Of a DNA stretch of 32,000 nucleotides, positions 30,456 to 32,000 are shown piece after piece. The notes beneath the pieces were generated by a model. That model ran no database searches. It saw nothing but the letters and a program-made list of their open reading frames with translations, and had not been told where the DNA came from. The position numbers and the translations under genes were made by a program. Within the stretch, counting starts at the first letter, position 1. Each line of letters starts with the position of its first letter. This DNA is from Methanopyrus kandleri AV19 (GTDB lineage Archaea > JAADCQ01 > Methanopyri > Methanopyrales > Methanopyraceae): contig NC_003551.1 in the NCBI RefSeq assembly GCF_000007185.1, forward strand, positions 450,001 to 482,000. Reading direction: 5' to 3'.

Positions 30456-31520
30456 TTAAAGGTATTCCTCAGGAACCACTACGGCGACACCTTTCAGCAG
30501 AATCACGTACACGCGCTGTCCGACGTGAAGGTCGACATCGCTTTCATAACACTCAACCGTTTCACCCGTACGCTCCAACACGACCCGGGGCGGGGTGTCT
30601 TCGATCACCACGGCGGGTTCGGGCTTCAGAACCTCGACGCCCTTCAGCTCCTCCCACTTACGTTTGACCACCTCCCTGCTGATGAGATGACGCAGAGAAC
30701 ACCTCTCACCCAGACCTGTGACTAGATAAGGTTGGCCATCCACCAGTAGGATGTCGCCCTTGCGGAAATGAGGTATCCTCACGGAGATGGCGGCCTTGTA
30801 CTTGCGCTTACTGCGCTCGCGGTCGAATCCGACGAGCTTGTGCGACTCCCCTACGGTCCCGCCGTACGCATCGACGAGGCGGCGGGCGAGCTTGCGTGCG
30901 GCGTTGAGTGAACCGATGTAGAAGTCGATGCCCTCCTCAGGGTACTCCACGTCCGAGATGTAAGCCATGGGATCACGCTCGAGCAGTGAGGCGGCCGCCT
31001 CCGTCACGAAGTTCTCAACTTCCTCCCGCTCACGCTCGGTCAGCTTACCTCGGAGCGACCGCACTTGGAGTATAGCCTCGTAGTATCCCGACCGGAATTT
31101 CATGCATCGATCACACAGGGCGAATACTACCGGGACCTTGAGGTGATACTTCCGAGTGAGAACTTCCCCTCCTACCTCCCATTCACCCTCAGCGAGCAGC
31201 TCGACGAGGACGCGAGCTCCGGGACCACCCGGTTCACCCTTAACCTCCAGAGGTTTTATTCGGACATATACATCGGGAAGCGTTCGGAGGTTCTCCTCCA
31301 ACTCCCGGAGGACGTACTCTACGAGCAGTTCTTCGATACTCCCGACACCTTCAGGCGGATCTTCCCAGCGCAGCCCGGTGTGACGTGCTAAACACTGCGC
31401 ACAGACTCGGACCTCCAGTCCTTCGGGTACCTCGATCATCGGGTGCTCTTCAAGGTAACATTCCGGGCACAGGCCGTCTATCGTCGTATCGACCTCACGT
31501 CCGCACCGATGACATATCAG
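30456..31520 (-). CDS. nmd3: NMD3 family ribosomal export/biogenesis protein; 5' end extended by 27 codons
   Basis: ORF track starts at 31439, but the frame upstream reads LICHRCGREVDTTIDGLCPECYLEEHP then MIEVPEGLEVRVCAQC, restoring the first CxxC...CxxC pair. No ATG/GTG/TTG in the extension; CTG at 31520 follows the TAG of the upstream gene. Confidence 0.85.
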   Translation of the reverse strand: MICHRCGREVDTTIDGLCPECYLEEHPMIEVPEGLEVRVCAQCLARHTGLRWEDPPEGVGSIEELLVEYVLRELEENLRTLPDVYVRIKPLEVKGEPGGPGARVLVELLAEGEWEVGGEVLTRKYHLKVPVVFALCDRCMKFRSGYYEAILQVRSLRGKLTEREREEVENFVTEAAASLLERDPMAYISDVEYPEEGIDFYIGSLNAARKLARRLVDAYGGTVGESHKLVGFDRERSKRKYKAAISVRIPHFRKGDILLVDGQPYLVTGLGERCSLRHLISREVVKRKWEELKGVEVLKPEPAVVIEDTPPRVVLERTGETVECYESDVDLHVGQRVYVILLKGVAVVVPEEYL

Positions 31521-31997
31521 CTACCCTTCACCCCCGTTCGAGACGTACGGGCGGTTGTCGGGAATGCCCACGGTGTTACCGACCCCTACGATGATCACGG
31601 TACTGTCTTCAGGGGCTTCCTTAGCGAGTTCGAGGGCACGTTCGGCGGCTTCTTCCACGGCGTCAACGACGGACTTGGGCATGGGCATGACGGCCTCCGT
31701 AGCACTCATCTTGATGGCTACCGCATCGAGATCGATGCCTTCGTCGGCCGCGATCTGCTCGATCTTGTAACTCTCATGGCCGGGATCACCCATGGCCACT
31801 CCCACGCCCTCGCTGACTTTGCCTGTCTTCTCTCCCTCGAGTTTGAGGGCGGCGTCGATAGTTATAATTTTGGAAACATCACCGTATTCCCTTACGAGCT
31901 TCTTTACGGCACGCCCCAGTCTGCCCAAGTTACCCCCAGGCCCATGCGCCTTGACTATCAGCAGTCTGCGACCCTCTAGCTCCTTCTCGGCGGCCAC
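31521..31997 (-). CDS. Conserved protein resembling a pyruvate kinase C-terminal alpha/beta domain
   Basis: 158 aa, GTG start 3 bp from the window edge; SKIITIDAALKLEGEKTGKVSEGVG...DSTVIIVGVGNTVGIPDN; ends YVSNGGEG*. Confidence 0.65.
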   Translation of the reverse strand: MAAEKELEGRRLLIVKAHGPGGNLGRLGRAVKKLVREYGDVSKIITIDAALKLEGEKTGKVSEGVGVAMGDPGHESYKIEQIAADEGIDLDAVAIKMSATEAVMPMPKSVVDAVEEAAERALELAKEAPEDSTVIIVGVGNTVGIPDNRPYVSNGGEG

Positions 31998-32000
31998 AGT

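Noticed and set aside
31518-31523. Pyrrolysine-type decoding of the TAG between the pyruvate-kinase-like gene and NMD3
   Set aside because: As far as I know Methanopyrus lacks the pyrrolysine system, and non-canonical initiation is simpler. Kept only as a testable readthrough alternative.

Overview
This is a gene-dense, GC-rich archaeal window. Gene content, composition and a tRNA-Ala gene with C at position 8 point to Methanopyrus kandleri or a very close relative (inference). Left to right it holds: an AMMECR1 domain, PIG-L deacetylase, GT2 glycosyltransferase, carA, a HisA-like/ASCH fusion, DUF2110, an HD protein, tfe, an orphan, purL, an HdrD-like Fe-S protein, FAU-1, hisE, an orphan, an FAD oxidoreductase, an exported protein, tRNA-Ala(UGC), an exported M28 peptidase, a cysteine hydrolase, cyclic 2,3-DPG synthetase, a single-fold histone, nucS, trpF, a very large exported CobN-like protein, two more exported and anchored proteins, top6A, and a translation/ribosome cluster (KH Dim2/Pno1, RIO1, aIF1A, a hidden Pcc1-like frame, tyrS, NMD3). 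The best leads are: (a) the exported gene cluster at 19.7-26.4 kb (degenerate CobN-like protein, HEETH protein, squalene-cyclase-like repeat protein) with similar C-terminal membrane anchors; (b) a Pcc1-like frame missed by the ORF track, with no canonical in-frame start; (c) an NMD3 N-terminal zinc finger that begins directly after an in-frame TAG with no ATG/GTG/TTG; (d) the C8 tRNA gene, which needs C-to-U editing, inside a local AT-rich island; (e) a HisA-like plus ASCH domain fusion. I saw no CRISPR array, transposase or prophage. No database or alignment was run; family calls come from recognised sequence motifs.
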